32,000 bases of DNA from contig NZ_AP013028.1 of NCBI RefSeq assembly GCF_000829315.1, positions 1,218,061 to 1,250,060 on the forward strand. The letters are read 5' to 3'. Of the stretch, positions 8,444 to 18,498 are shown piece after piece. The DNA is from Wolbachia endosymbiont of Cimex lectularius (GTDB taxonomy: Bacteria > Pseudomonadota > Alphaproteobacteria > Rickettsiales > Anaplasmataceae). Position numbers and translations under genes: made by a program. The notes beneath the pieces are model-generated. The model saw nothing but the letters and a program-made list of their open reading frames with translations, was not told the DNA's origin and made no database searches. Each line of letters begins with the position of its first letter. Positions within the stretch are counted from its first letter, which is position 1.

Positions 8444-11095
8444 TTAACTGTTTAGTTCTTTCACATCTGCTACTTTGTTGCAGATAACAGTAATGATATG
8501 ATTTGTTTTATCGCTATCACAGCCCATTTGAGCAAGTTCAGCGTTTCCACCGCAACCTCTTCCGGTTACAGTAGATACCAGCTCTTTTGCGCTGATCTTA
8601 TCAGTTAAGTCTTTGCTTACTTTGATAATCAGCACTGTTTTGTTTTTTTCCGTTGCTGTGAAAGCTATTACAGTTTTTGGTCTTTGTTGCTGCAGAACAA
8701 ATTTCCTTATTATACTTGCTGGAATGTCAGTGAAAACGTGGCTTACGAAATTCATTCCATTTATTTCAGTGCTTTTTGTGTTCTCTGTGCTTACGAGTTT
8801 TTTATAAAGGTTTTTTATTTTAGCTTCGGATTCCTTACGCTCTTGGATTAAAATACTGAGTCGGCTTATTATTTCGTTTACTGGCGCTTTTACGGATTCT
8901 GCGACTTTTTTCAAGTTGATTTCATTATCACGGACATAATTAATTGCTTCTTGACCGGTCAAAGCTTCGATCCTTCTTACTCCAGATGCAATAGAACATT
9001 CTGTTACTATCTTAAACAAGCCAATTTCTCCAGCGCGCTCCACGTGTGTGCCACCACACAACTCCTTTGAATCTCCAATGCTTACCACTCTTACTTGATC
9101 GCCATACTTTTCGCCGAACAATGCCATAGCTCCTTCGTCTATTGCCTGATTCATGCTCTGAATTTTTGTAGACGTGGAAAGATTTTCTCTGATTAGAGAG
9201 TTTACCATATCTTCTATTGCAAACAGTTGATCCTGAGTAACTTGAGTGTTGTGGCTGAAGTCAAATCTCAGTCTATCTGGTGCAACTAAGGAACCTTTTT
9301 GAGTAACGTGATCACCCAAGATTTTTCTCAATGCAAAGTGCAGAAGATGTGTAGCTGAATGGTTTCTTCTTAGGTCTTGCCTTCTCTCCTTATCAATAGT
9401 TGCTGTAACTGTGTCACCTTTACAAATTGAGCCAGATTTAACCACGCACCTGTGCAAATACAGGTCGTTAATCTTATTGGTGTTTTCCACTGTGATTACA
9501 CCTAGGTCTGGTGTCATTCCAGTGCGTGGCGCTGGCTGGATCCCAGTGTCAGCTACTTGGATAACAGAAGAGATAATGAAACTTCCGGTTTCCCCCGCCT
9601 GTCCACCTGATTCGCCATAAAAAGGTGTTTTATCAAGTATAATGGTTACCTTCTCTCCTTCTTTTGTAGAATCAATAACTTCATTTTTAGGAGAAATTAT
9701 GGCTATCACTTTTGCATCCTTTACCTCACTAAACTCATAACCGACAAATTCTGTTTTGCCAAATTCATCGATCAAATCGAACCATATTTGCTCAACAGAC
9801 TTTTCACCAGATCCAGCCCATTTAGCACGTGCTCTCTCTTTCTGCTCTTTCATTGCGTTATTAAAACCTTTTTGGTCAAAATTTATTTTCCTCTCTTTTA
9901 AAATATCAAGAGTGATATCCAGAGGAAACCCATAAGTGTCATATAGCTTAAACGCCGATTCTCCTGGCAGAGTATCGCCTGGTTTTAAATCTGCAGTAAA
10001 TTTTTCCAAAAGACTAATGCCTTTCATCAAAGTATCTTTAAAGTTCTCTTCCTCTGATTTTAACGTTGTCTCTATTGAGTTTTTAGCTCTAATTAGTTCA
10101 GGATAAACATCCCCCATATAAGCTGAGCTTGAGCTATCTATCAGCACTGGAAAAATGCGATGGAGTAGAGAGTCATTATATCCAAGCAGGTGGATATAAC
10201 GTGCAACTCTCCTGATTAATCTGCGCAGTACGTAATTTCTGCCTTCGTTTCCAGGAAGTACCCCTTCTGCAATGAGAAATATGGCTGCACGAAGATGGTC
10301 CGCGATGATTTTATGAGCTACTTTATTTTCTGTATTTCCACAGAGCTCTTGCGACTTATTTATCAGAGCAGAAAATAGATCAATATCATAGTTATCATGA
10401 ACGTTTTGCATGACAGCTGCTATTCTCTCAAGGCCCATTCCAGTATCGATGCATTTTTTTGGTAATTTTTGTAAATTACCCTCTTCATCTTTATTAAATT
10501 CCATGAATACTAGATTCCAAATTTCAACAACTCTATTGTCGTCTTGTAAGTTAGGTTTTGCATGGTCATAAAAAATTTCAGAACATGGACCACATGGACC
10601 AGTATTGCCCATGCTCCAAAAGTTGTCATCTGTTGCAATTCTGATGATTTTATCATCAGAAAAACCACTTACCTTGCGCCAAATCTCGTATGACTCATCA
10701 TCAGTGTGATAGACAGTTATGGATAATCTATTTTTGTCAAGAGACAATTCTTCAGTAATGAATTTCCACGCAAGTTCTATCGCAGTTTCTTTAAAGTAAT
10801 CACCGAAACTAAAATTTCCGAGCATTTCAAAAAATGTATGATGCCGAGTTGTATAGCCAACATTTTCAAGATCGTTGTGCTTGCCACCCGCTCTTAGACA
10901 CTTTTGACTTGAGACAGCGCGTTTCATCTCAGTTTTTTGTAAACCGGTGAAGATGTTTTTAAACTGCACCATACCAGCATTTGTAAACATGAGTGTTGGG
11001 TCATGCTCTGGGATCAAAGGAGAAGAAGAAACCTGCTCATGGTTGTTACTTATAAAAAACTTTATAAATCTTTCTCTAATTTCGTTTAGCTTCAT
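8444..11095 (-). CDS. alaS: alanyl-tRNA synthetase
   Basis: 883 aa. '[46 protein letters not shown]', '[38 protein letters not shown]', '[14 protein letters not shown]', '[15 protein letters not shown]'. Confidence 0.98.
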   Translation of the reverse strand: MKLNEIRERFIKFFISNNHEQVSSSPLIPEHDPTLMFTNAGMVQFKNIFTGLQKTEMKRAVSSQKCLRAGGKHNDLENVGYTTRHHTFFEMLGNFSFGDYFKETAIELAWKFITEELSLDKNRLSITVYHTDDESYEIWRKVSGFSDDKIIRIATDDNFWSMGNTGPCGPCSEIFYDHAKPNLQDDNRVVEIWNLVFMEFNKDEEGNLQKLPKKCIDTGMGLERIAAVMQNVHDNYDIDLFSALINKSQELCGNTENKVAHKIIADHLRAAIFLIAEGVLPGNEGRNYVLRRLIRRVARYIHLLGYNDSLLHRIFPVLIDSSSSAYMGDVYPELIRAKNSIETTLKSEEENFKDTLMKGISLLEKFTADLKPGDTLPGESAFKLYDTYGFPLDITLDILKERKINFDQKGFNNAMKEQKERARAKWAGSGEKSVEQIWFDLIDEFGKTEFVGYEFSEVKDAKVIAIISPKNEVIDSTKEGEKVTIILDKTPFYGESGGQAGETGSFIISSVIQVADTGIQPAPRTGMTPDLGVITVENTNKINDLYLHRCVVKSGSICKGDTVTATIDKERRQDLRRNHSATHLLHFALRKILGDHVTQKGSLVAPDRLRFDFSHNTQVTQDQLFAIEDMVNSLIRENLSTSTKIQSMNQAIDEGAMALFGEKYGDQVRVVSIGDSKELCGGTHVERAGEIGLFKIVTECSIASGVRRIEALTGQEAINYVRDNEINLKKVAESVKAPVNEIISRLSILIQERKESEAKIKNLYKKLVSTENTKSTEINGMNFVSHVFTDIPASIIRKFVLQQQRPKTVIAFTATEKNKTVLIIKVSKDLTDKISAKELVSTVTGRGCGGNAELAQMGCDSDKTNHIITVICNKVADVKELNS
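9511..9566. repeat. Palindromic element carried in frame inside alaS
   Basis: 'gtgtcattccagtgcgtggcgctggctggatcccagtgtcagctacttggataaca'. Translates on the minus strand as '[18 protein letters not shown]' within AlaRS. Confidence 0.8.
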
Positions 11096-11287
11096 CGTTT
11101 TTATTGAGATTATCTATGCATAATAAGTTGTAATGAGAGTAAAATCAATTCATCGATCTAAATATTAATATATAAATTATTTAGTATAATAAAAGTAATA
11201 CTTACATAAAAATTTTAATAAAAAGACATAGACTGAAACTTTCGATTTGCTAGTATAGTGAATATTAATAAATTTAGGAGTAGATGT

Positions 11288-12337
11288 ATGACAAAAAGAT
11301 CAAAAAACGCCTCGCGAAGGGAAGAAATGACACCGTTTGAGGGAAGGGAAACAGTTACTATTTTTTCTAGCTTGGAAGACATAGAAAAAGGAAGAAAAAT
11401 ATACTTTTCATTAAAAGGAGAGGGTTTAACAATTGATGCTTTTAGTATATCTGACAATTCATACAGGTTACACTTTGTTGTTGGGATGACAAAAAAGATT
11501 CCCACTCCTGAAGGGCATTGTAGATTGATGATTAATAATATTATTTCAGATCTGAAGAGTGGGAGAATAAAAAGCAAAACAGAGTATGATTTCAGAAAAT
11601 TCGACGAAAGATATCTAAAAGATCTAAAAGGACTTTTAAGTCAAAAGACTACGACAACTAGTTTACAGGAAGAATCTACTACTGAAGAAGTTGAGCATGA
11701 GACGCAGGCTACTGGGGTTACTGATAGTACAACAACAGAATTATTTAATTCTAGCCAATCGGAAAGACCTACTACTGAAAAAGTTGAATATGAGGCGCAA
11801 GAAGATAGCGAATATTTCGCTGTAGAACCAGCTCCTTTAAAACAACAAAAACTTGATCTTGCACCAGATGAAACAACTGAAGAGATCAAACACGTAATGG
11901 AAGAAATAAAAAGGTCGAATGCTAGTCATGGAATTACAACTGAAAGTATAGAATATGCTAGGGATATGACAAGAAAAGATGTTGCTTTTTCCTTTAGTAA
12001 AGTCACGTCAAGAAACGTACCAGCATTTTCTGAGTTGAGTAGTACAAATGCGACATTACCTCAATTGTCAAACGAATCAGGGATTGCCGGCACAACAGTA
12101 GCAGGATTATCAACATTGAGTGCTTATATTATAGCACCAGTATTATTAGTAGCTGCTGTTACTGTGGGTGGATGCTGGTTTTTGCGTAAACAGAAGAAAG
12201 AAGATAGTTACGATGTTGAAAAAGCTGGTGTAGAAAATGAAGTAGAAGCTCCATTCTCTGAAGAGCAAAATTCTCTGCTTGATGAAGTAAACATTGAGCC
12301 AGGAACATATCGATCTTTCCGACTTGATGATATTTAA
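11288..12337 (+). CDS. Hypothetical single-pass membrane protein with Thr/Glu-rich linker
   Basis: AGGAG ribosome-binding-like site about 8 bp upstream of ATG 11288 ('MTKRSKNASRREE'). Near-C-terminal hydrophobic segment 'LSTLSAYIIAPVLLVAAVTVGGCWF' followed by 'RKQKKE'. Confidence 0.75.
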   Translation: MTKRSKNASRREEMTPFEGRETVTIFSSLEDIEKGRKIYFSLKGEGLTIDAFSISDNSYRLHFVVGMTKKIPTPEGHCRLMINNIISDLKSGRIKSKTEYDFRKFDERYLKDLKGLLSQKTTTTSLQEESTTEEVEHETQATGVTDSTTTELFNSSQSERPTTEKVEYEAQEDSEYFAVEPAPLKQQKLDLAPDETTEEIKHVMEEIKRSNASHGITTESIEYARDMTRKDVAFSFSKVTSRNVPAFSELSSTNATLPQLSNESGIAGTTVAGLSTLSAYIIAPVLLVAAVTVGGCWFLRKQKKEDSYDVEKAGVENEVEAPFSEEQNSLLDEVNIEPGTYRSFRLDDI

Positions 12338-12703
12338 TCAGTATGTAAAAGCCGCCATACTAAACTCTATTTATAAATTTTATAGGGTAGGAACGGAGGA
12401 AGGATGGTGGCTTAGATTACGATATGGAATTACTTAAGAGCACTCGTGAAAGTATGCGTATCAAGTAGTGATAAATGGTTTAAACATAAACTGAGTAATT
12501 TGCTCCTAAAGGCTTTTAGATTAGATCTCTTGCATAACCTAAACTAAGCAGAGAAAAAGCAAAGATTGTTAGGGTGTCATCCAAGTACCGAAATCCAAGA
12601 AAAAGGACGGTGTCATCCCAGCGCCTCCTTTCTTGTCATTCCAGTGCTTGACACACAGCTGTACGAACATTGCAATTAGCAGGTAATTTGCGTAACAGAT
12701 GGT

Positions 12704-13375
12704 GTTATCCCAGTGCTCCGACACTGGGATCTAGCCTTTCCATAATCATCAAAAACGTCGTATTTTAACATAAAACAGCTACTTTTATACTCACCAACTT
12801 AATAAAATTCCTGGATGCCAGTGTCAGCTACTTGCATGACACCCTAGTGGTAGGCTCAAATCACAATGTTCGTACAGTTGTGTGCTTGACACTGGAATCT
12901 AGGATACTACTTTAGTTATAAATATTTAAGGAATTTACCAAGCGAAAAAAAAGCAAAAGAAGCCCTGGTCAATATCTATTTTAATAACTTGGCGTTAATG
13001 TTCTATACGTTTGACAAGTAGCTGACCTTGGGGTTGTAAATACCCATAATTTATGATAAGGGAAACGTCAAAACTTGTCAAGCAATTTTTTTGTGAAAAA
13101 AATGAGATTGGTTAAATTTTTAACTAATTTTAAAAAAAGACAAAAAAAACCCTGCAACGTGAGTTGTTTACTGTTCTCTCAAAAACTTGGCGTCCGGTTC
13201 TCTCTTACACCGCTTAATAAGCGAGGTCCAGCTAATGTAGACAAAAAATTATAAAGACATGCAGTGTCCATGCTGCAAAAATAAAACATAACACGCCTTG
13301 TTTTATACTGTGCTTTTGTCACTTAATACAAGATTAAAGATAAATTTTAGGCCTAAAACACCCACAATTCTATTG
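12704..13375 (+). repeat. Left arm of a long inverted repeat (partner 27159-27780)
   Basis: Shared in reverse complement: 'gggatc(c/t)agcctttccataat(c/t)atcaaaaacgtcgtattttaacataaaacagctacttttatactcac', 'ccctggtcaat', 'aacttggcgttaatg', 'gttctctcttacaccgcttaataagcgagg', 'aaagacatgcagtgtccatgctgcaaaaat', 'aggcctaaaacacccacaat'. Confidence 0.93.
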
Positions 13376-13491
13376 CAAGGGGACTGGCGCAGGTTGTCAA
13401 GTAGTTTTTTTATGTCGGAACTCTTGAACAAGTTTTTGTTCCTCATGAGTAAATTAATGCTATTCTTTTATTACTGGTCTGAAGTTTTTTT

Positions 13492-16400
13492 ATGTTCATA
13501 CACTTGCGTGTTCACAGTGTTTATTCACTGCTTGAGAGTTCGGTCAAAATTGAGGAGCTGAGTAGCCTTTGTTTGCGGAATAAAATGCCAGCAGTTGCGA
13601 TAACTGATTCAGGTAACTTATTTGGCTCACTCGAGTTTGCAGAATATGCGGCAAGTAGAGGAATACAGCTAATAATAGGATGCAATATTATAGTTCGACG
13701 CTCAGAGCAAAATCTACCCATATTATTGCTTGCAAAAAACGAGCGAGGGTACGCTAATTTGGTCACTTTGGTGAGTGAGTCCTTTAGAAAGCGCGAAAAT
13801 AGCAACGATATTCCTTACGTTGATTTTAATGAGCTATTAAGTTTAAGTTCAGGCCTAATCGCCTTAACCGGTGGATATGACGGCATATTGGCTCAACTGT
13901 TGTTGAAGCAAGATAAAGAAACGATAAAAAGACTACTCTTAGCATTCAATGGTCATTTATATGTTGAATTGCAGCGTCATGGGCTTAGTAAAGAGTTGGA
14001 GCTCGAAGAAACCTTAATAGACTTTGCTTATCAGCACGATATACCGCTGGTTGCAACGAATGATGTATTTTTTCCCAACAGGTCTGACTATGAGGCTTAT
14101 GATATATTAACGTGCATATCAGAAGGAAGTTATGCTCTCGAGAATAACAGAAAGAAGCTAACTACTGAGCATTATTTCAAATCTGTGGCGGAAATGGAGG
14201 AGTTATTTAGCGATATCCCCGAAGCGATTTATAATACCTCAGTAGTAGCCAGACGGTGCTCTTACATGCCAAGAAGTAGGCAGCCTATTTTGCCTAAATT
14301 TCCTTGTCGAGAGAATAAAACTGAGAATGAAGAACTGAAGGAACAGGCAATTGCGGGGTTGGAACTCCGTATTGCACAATCTTCTTCTGTCATTCCAGCG
14401 CGTGACGGTGGAATCCAGGAAAAAAGAAATATGGATCCCAGTGTCAAGCACTGGGATGACACCCATGATGTTGATTTTAAGCAATACCACGATCGGCTAA
14501 ATTACGAACTAAGCGTAATAACTTCAATGAACTACGCTGGCTACTTTTTGATAGTTTCTGATTTCATTCGTTGGAGCAAAGCAAATGGCATTCCAGCTGG
14601 TCCAGGAAGAGGTTCTGGTGCTGGATCAATTGTTGCTTGGGCGCTGCAGATTACAGATCTTGATCCAATAAAATTTGGTCTGATCTTTGAAAGATTTTTA
14701 AATCCTGATCGTATATCAATGCCTGACTTTGACATCGATTTCTGCCAGGAAAAGAGAGATTTAGTTATTGACTATGTTCGTAAGAAGTATGGTTATGTTG
14801 CTCAGATAATCACTTTTGGAAAATTACAGGCAAGAGCTGTGCTGCGCGATGTTGGAAGGGTATTGCAGATGCCTTACGCTCAGGTGGATAAAATATCTAA
14901 AATGGTTCCGTTTAATCCGGTAAACCCTGTAACTTTATCACAAGCGATAGAGCTTGATCAAAATCTGCAGAAAGAAAGGGATAGCGATGAAGTAATTGCA
15001 AAACTCCTTGATATCTCTCTTAAGCTTGAGGGGATATATCGTCACGTTTCAACTCATGCGGCTGGAATTGTGATATGCGATCAAAAGTTAGAAAATTTTG
15101 TTCCTGTTTATTATGATCCAAATTCAGCTCTACCAATTACTCAATACAGCATGAAATATGTGGAGAAAGCTGGACTAATAAAGTTTGATTTTCTCGGACT
15201 TGGTACACTGACGCTGATAGATCATGTATGTCGTTTAATTAATTGTAATGAAAGAAAAATTGATATTTCCTCGGTTCCTTTAGATGATCAGAGAACCTAT
15301 GAAATGCTCTCAAGAGGTGATTCAATTGGAGTGTTCCAGCTTGAAAGTTCGGGAATGAGAGAAGCTTTAATCAAGCTAAAACCAGACTGTATTGAAGATA
15401 TCATCGCTTTGATTTCCCTTTATCGTCCAGGGCCGATGGATAACATTCCAACTTATGTTGCAAGAAAGCACGGGCTTGAAAAGCCAGATTATATTCATCC
15501 ATTACTCGAGGGGGTATTAAAAGAAACATTTGGAGTAATAATCTACCAAGAGCAGGTGATGGAAATAGCGCGTATTCTTTCTGGATATAGCTTAGCTGAA
15601 GCAGATCTACTGAGGCGTGCTATGGGTAAGAAAATCAAAGAAGAGATGGATAAACAACGTGAACTTTTCATCCAAGGAGCAACGAAAAATGGTGTTGATT
15701 ATGATAGGGCAAGTTATATTTTTGACCTTGTTGCAAAATTTGCTGGTTATGGATTTAATAAATCTCACGCAGCTGCATATGCAGTGATATCTTACCAAAC
15801 AGCTTACCTTAAAGCTAATTATCCATTGGAATTTTTCACAGCCTTGATGAATTTGAATATCGATGACAGAGACAAACTGAATTTATTTTATCATGCTGCA
15901 AAATTCAGTGGAGTTTCTGTTCTTTCACCTGATATAAACAAATCTAAAGCTGAATTTTCAATAGAGGGTGAACGCATACGCTACGGCATTGCTGCTTTGC
16001 GTAATGTTGGTTTTTCTATAGCAGAAGGAATAGTGAACACACGTTCAAGCGCTTATAAGGACATATGGGAATTCATTCAAAATTCGGGTCATATAATAAA
16101 TAAAAGAGTATTAGAAAGCCTAATTAAGTCTGGAGCATGTGATAGTGTGCATCAAAACAGAAAGCAGCTATATGAGTCAATAGACACATTGGTTTACTTT
16201 GCAAATAAAAATAGGCAGGATAAGGAATCGAATCAAGCTGTTTTGTTTGGCAATCTTGATGTTCTCAAGCCAAAACTTGAGGATGTAGAAGACTTCAATG
16301 AAGAGGAAAAATTAGAACATGAGTTATTTTCGCTGGGATTTTACTTAACTAATCACCCACTTGAGAAATTTAGGGCCCTTTTGAGAAAATTAAATATTGG

Positions 16401-16908
16401 ATTTATCGGAGAAGGTAAGACGACAAAAACTGCTGGCGTAATATTAAATGCACGTATGAGGACTTCAGAGCGCGGAAGATTTGTTATACTCACGCTTTCT
16501 GATCCCCATAATGTTTCTGAAATAGCATTCTATAATAACGAAATAATAGAGGAGAAAAGAAACTTATTTTCGCCCGGAACATTTGTGATAATTGATCTTG
16601 AGGCTTCGGAGAATACGACAAGATTAGCAGGAAAGGATATATCTGAATTTACGGAAAGGATCACTTCTGTAATGAAGAGGTTAGTGTTAACTGGGTGTGC
16701 GGATTCACAAACAGCTGCTATGGAATTAAGTTCGGTACTGAAAGATGGAGGCAGAACCAAAATCATGCTGGAACTTCTGCTTGAAAAGCATAAAGTGAGC
16801 ATCTTGTTACCAGGTGCATATTCAATCACCCCTCAAGCTGTTTGTGAGATATCCAATTTAAGCTGGATTAAAGGCATAGAAATTGATACAAATAGCTTGC
16901 TTATATAA
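13492..16908 (+). CDS. dnaE: DNA polymerase III alpha subunit
   Basis: 1138 aa. PHP domain 'FIHLRVHSVYSLLES', 'GPGRGSGAGSIVAWALQITDLDPIKFGLIFERFLNPDRISMPDFDIDFC', 'YQEQVMEIARILSGYSLAEADLLRRAMGKK', 'FNKSHAAAYAVISYQTAYLKANYP'. Confidence 0.98.
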   Translation: MFIHLRVHSVYSLLESSVKIEELSSLCLRNKMPAVAITDSGNLFGSLEFAEYAASRGIQLIIGCNIIVRRSEQNLPILLLAKNERGYANLVTLVSESFRKRENSNDIPYVDFNELLSLSSGLIALTGGYDGILAQLLLKQDKETIKRLLLAFNGHLYVELQRHGLSKELELEETLIDFAYQHDIPLVATNDVFFPNRSDYEAYDILTCISEGSYALENNRKKLTTEHYFKSVAEMEELFSDIPEAIYNTSVVARRCSYMPRSRQPILPKFPCRENKTENEELKEQAIAGLELRIAQSSSVIPARDGGIQEKRNMDPSVKHWDDTHDVDFKQYHDRLNYELSVITSMNYAGYFLIVSDFIRWSKANGIPAGPGRGSGAGSIVAWALQITDLDPIKFGLIFERFLNPDRISMPDFDIDFCQEKRDLVIDYVRKKYGYVAQIITFGKLQARAVLRDVGRVLQMPYAQVDKISKMVPFNPVNPVTLSQAIELDQNLQKERDSDEVIAKLLDISLKLEGIYRHVSTHAAGIVICDQKLENFVPVYYDPNSALPITQYSMKYVEKAGLIKFDFLGLGTLTLIDHVCRLINCNERKIDISSVPLDDQRTYEMLSRGDSIGVFQLESSGMREALIKLKPDCIEDIIALISLYRPGPMDNIPTYVARKHGLEKPDYIHPLLEGVLKETFGVIIYQEQVMEIARILSGYSLAEADLLRRAMGKKIKEEMDKQRELFIQGATKNGVDYDRASYIFDLVAKFAGYGFNKSHAAAYAVISYQTAYLKANYPLEFFTALMNLNIDDRDKLNLFYHAAKFSGVSVLSPDINKSKAEFSIEGERIRYGIAALRNVGFSIAEGIVNTRSSAYKDIWEFIQNSGHIINKRVLESLIKSGACDSVHQNRKQLYESIDTLVYFANKNRQDKESNQAVLFGNLDVLKPKLEDVEDFNEEEKLEHELFSLGFYLTNHPLEKFRALLRKLNIGFIGEGKTTKTAGVILNARMRTSERGRFVILTLSDPHNVSEIAFYNNEIIEEKRNLFSPGTFVIIDLEASENTTRLAGKDISEFTERITSVMKRLVLTGCADSQTAAMELSSVLKDGGRTKIMLELLLEKHKVSILLPGAYSITPQAVCEISNLSWIKGIEIDTNSLLI
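14388..14460. repeat. Palindromic element carried in frame inside dnaE
   Basis: 'tgtcattccagcgcgtgacggtggaatccaggaaaaaagaaatatggatcccagtgtcaagcactgggatgac'. Translates as 'SVIPARDGGIQEKRNMDPSVKHWDD'. Confidence 0.85.
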
Positions 16909-16956
16909 AAAAGCTTTATATAATGAAATATTTAATCGGTATTAAAGGAAAGTATA

Positions 16957-17730
16957 GTGAATCTTTATGAATTTACTTTTATAGCACAACAGGGCTTATT
17001 ACAGCAAGAAGTAGAAGAAATGGTCCAGGAACTAGGTGTTTTATTGAGGAACATTAAAGCAGATATTATGCTTCAGCAAATCAAGGGTATTCTAAATGAC
17101 AAGCCCGCGCAACAGGAATCAGAGGTGCGTGCTAAAAACATTCAAGAAAGTTTAGTTGATTATTCTAATTTTTTGGAAGGTTTTGCAAAAATTCTATGGG
17201 TCGAATTAGAAAAAGATCTTTCAAATTTGAAAGAGGTAGAATCAAAAATTGATAAGGAATTGAAGGGTAGTCTAAAAGGTCTGGGAATAACACAAGATTT
17301 TATAAAACTTCCAGGGGGTGGTAAGCAAATTGCTAAGAATGCGTTTATTCGCAATACAATAAATACTTTAAAGGAAAATATTTCAGAGCATCTAATAAAG
17401 ATTTTTCAAGAGGTTTTAACAAGTTCCAAAGTAACAGAGCAAAATCGATTGAGTAAAGCATTAGAGGCGCTTTTAGGAAATGTTGAAGCTTCAGGATTGA
17501 TAAAGTATGAATATTGGGGTCTATTAGACTTTGCGTATCCGATAAATAAGATGAAGAGTGGTCATTATTGTATAATGTGCGTGAGTTCTACTTCAAGTAT
17601 TATGGATGAATTTGTGCGTAGAGTAAAGCTTAACGAAAATATCATTCGCCACTTGTCTGTTCGGGTTGATAAATTTTTTGAAGGTAAATCTCATATGATG
17701 AATAAACAAATTGAGGAGCAAAGCGCATAA
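16957..17730 (+). CDS. rpsF: 30S ribosomal protein S6 with a large internal insertion
   Basis: N-terminal 'NLYEFTFIAQQGLLQQEVEEMVQEL' and C-terminal 'GLIKYEYWGLLDFAYPINKMKSGHYCIMCVSSTSSIMDEFVRRVKLNENIIRHLSVRV' match the S6 fold. Located directly upstream of rpsR and rplI. Confidence 0.88.
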   Translation: MNLYEFTFIAQQGLLQQEVEEMVQELGVLLRNIKADIMLQQIKGILNDKPAQQESEVRAKNIQESLVDYSNFLEGFAKILWVELEKDLSNLKEVESKIDKELKGSLKGLGITQDFIKLPGGGKQIAKNAFIRNTINTLKENISEHLIKIFQEVLTSSKVTEQNRLSKALEALLGNVEASGLIKYEYWGLLDFAYPINKMKSGHYCIMCVSSTSSIMDEFVRRVKLNENIIRHLSVRVDKFFEGKSHMMNKQIEEQSA

Positions 17731-18005
17731 TGACAAGAAAACGAAGTAATTTTAATGATTCTTATGTATCTGTAAATAACAGGACTGGGTTTAGGCGTTC
17801 TAAAGTTTGTCCTCTTGCTGCGTTGGGAGATGAGGAAATAGATTATAAGAATACGGATTTATTATCCAAATATATCTCTGACTATGGTAGAATATTACCT
17901 AGAAGATTAACAGGTGTGTATGCAAAAAAACAGAGGAAATTGCGCTTAGAAATCATAAGGGCACGTTTTTTATCTCGTATTCCTTACTGTACTAAAAAAG
18001 TTTAG
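17730..18005 (+). CDS. rpsR: 30S ribosomal protein S18
   Basis: 'CPLAALGDEEIDYKNTDLLSKYISDYGRILPRRLTGVYAKKQRKLRLEIIRARFLSRIPY'. Confidence 0.96.
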   Translation: MTRKRSNFNDSYVSVNNRTGFRRSKVCPLAALGDEEIDYKNTDLLSKYISDYGRILPRRLTGVYAKKQRKLRLEIIRARFLSRIPYCTKKV

Positions 18006-18012
18006 GTAATTT

Positions 18013-18498
18013 ATGTTAGTAATTTTAAAGGAAAATATAAGGACTCTTGGTAAGTTAGGCGAAATTGTGAAGGTGAAGCCTGGCTATGCACGCAATTTTC
18101 TTTTTCCACAAAAGAAGGCAGTTAAAGCTACTAAGGAGAGTATAGCAAAACTGGAGGAGCAGCGTTCCTTTTTAGAAGAGGAGAACATAAGAAAATTGAA
18201 TTTGGCAAAAGAGCTAGCAGCGTCTCTTGCTGGTAAGTTTGTGGTGTTAGTAAAGCAAGCTTCTGAGGATGGCAAAATTTTTGGTTCTGTAACAACAAGA
18301 GAAATTGCGAAATCTTTGCTGCAGGAGTGTGAAATTGATCACCGTAAAATATCCTTTAATGGAGCAAAAATAAGAAACTTAGGTGAGTATCAAGTGGGTA
18401 TAGAACTTCACAGTGAAGTAGTGGTACCAATCACTGTTCATGTTGTAAGGTCAGAAACAGATGCGCATGAGTTAAGACAGGTAAAATTACAAAGCTAA
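18013..18498 (+). CDS. rplI: 50S ribosomal protein L9
   Basis: 'MLVILKENIRTLGKLGEIVKVKPGYARNFLFPQKKAVKAT...GKIFGSVTTREIA'. Confidence 0.96.
   Translation: MLVILKENIRTLGKLGEIVKVKPGYARNFLFPQKKAVKATKESIAKLEEQRSFLEEENIRKLNLAKELAASLAGKFVVLVKQASEDGKIFGSVTTREIAKSLLQECEIDHRKISFNGAKIRNLGEYQVGIELHSEVVVPITVHVVRSETDAHELRQVKLQS

Noticed and set aside
12600-12900. Clustered short palindromes considered as a CRISPR array
   Set aside because: Units are irregular in size and spacing, have palindromic internal structure and lack uniform spacers. There are no cas genes. They match dispersed palindromic elements.
13298-13561. 87-aa minus-strand ORF over the left repeat arm and the dnaE start
   Set aside because: It overlaps the dnaE N-terminus and falls in non-coding repeat sequence. 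The matching frame is not evident in the right arm.
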